Shown in pieces: positions 63,487 through 64,000 of a stretch of 64,000 bases of DNA. The DNA comes from a virus, in IMG/VR virus record IMGVR_UViG_3300042731_002249, positions 6,432 through 70,431 of that record; one strand, 5' to 3'. How positions within the stretch are numbered: the stretch's first letter is position 1; each line of letters starts with the position of its first letter. A model generated the notes under the pieces. It saw only the letters and a list, made by a program, of their open reading frames with translations. It ran no database searches and had not been told where the DNA came from. The translations under genes were made by a program, and so were the position numbers.

Positions 63487-64000
63487 ATGCCAAACTTAGA
63501 CGCACCTAACGGGTTCGTACCCGTTCGCCACATGAATGGTGGCACCGTGCGGTACACGGGTGGCTACACAATCGCTTCAGGTGAGACGACCGACATCTTC
63601 GCAGGAGATGCGGTTATTCTCGATGGCACCCCAGCAGGCGACGGAAACAACATCGCAGTAGCCGTGGCAGGCGGCGACATCGTAGGCATTTTTGCCGGGT
63701 GTCAGTACGTTGCTGCGAACGGTGATGTTGTCTGGTCCAATCGCTGGGTGGCCAATACCGTAACGTCAGGCGCTCAGCCTGCGGAAGCGTTCGTGTACAC
63801 CGATACCGACATCGTGTTCTCCGTTCAGATGGGCACGGCAGCTGGTGTTATCACCAATGCTGCAATCGGACAGTTCGCTGATCTCGATGCCACGACCAGT
63901 GGCAACGCGGCGACTGGTATCTCTGGTATGGAGCTTGGCACTCCGGGCGCGGGTATCGCGCAGTTCCAGATTCTCGGCCTCGCCAAAGGTCCTGACGGCA
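63487..64000 (+). CDS. Capsid decoration/minor capsid protein, 3'-truncated
   Basis: GAGG RBS; MPNLDAPNGFVPVRH..GG...YTIASG....IF.GD.V...GIFAGCQY; open to the window end, so absent from the ORF track. Confidence 0.75.
   Translation, partial: MPNLDAPNGFVPVRHMNGGTVRYTGGYTIASGETTDIFAGDAVILDGTPAGDGNNIAVAVAGGDIVGIFAGCQYVAANGDVVWSNRWVANTVTSGAQPAEAFVYTDTDIVFSVQMGTAAGVITNAAIGQFADLDATTSGNAATGISGMELGTPGAGIAQFQILGLAKGPDG

Overview
The window is a 64-kb stretch of a dsDNA tailed phage with podovirus-type architecture. Its host is probably Gram-negative, because it encodes Rz/Rz1 spanins and a YadA-type outer-membrane anchor. Order: (1) tail/tail-fibre module, 5'-truncated (1-11.2 kb); (2) GNAT and internal-virion/ejection proteins ending in a 3947-aa polyvalent protein (11.5-26.8 kb); (3) lysis cassette (26.8-28.8 kb); (4) early/middle region with SSB, RecT, YqaJ, HTH regulators, an SF2 helicase, nucleases, DUF932 and two tRNA-Tyr genes (28.7-44.4 kb); (5) terS, about 12 kb of accessory and structural genes, terL, portal, GroES, scaffold and a 3'-truncated head gene (44.5-64 kb). 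I recognised no integrase, DNA polymerase, primase or major capsid gene. The strongest lead is an apparently intact GGDEF diguanylate cyclase with no inhibitory I-site, built into the giant protein that is probably injected with the DNA. Other leads: tail fibres with matching DxGxF C-termini and MANT..IKRS N-termini; a Hint-domain tail-tip protein; a GNAT next to a protein starting MGSSKSKKK; a collagen-YadA autotransporter with a C-terminal extension; tandem divergent tRNA-Tyr genes; an aberrant tRNA-like RNA; and a recurring CACTGA/TCAGTG promoter motif. All assignments come from motif recognition by eye; no searches were run.
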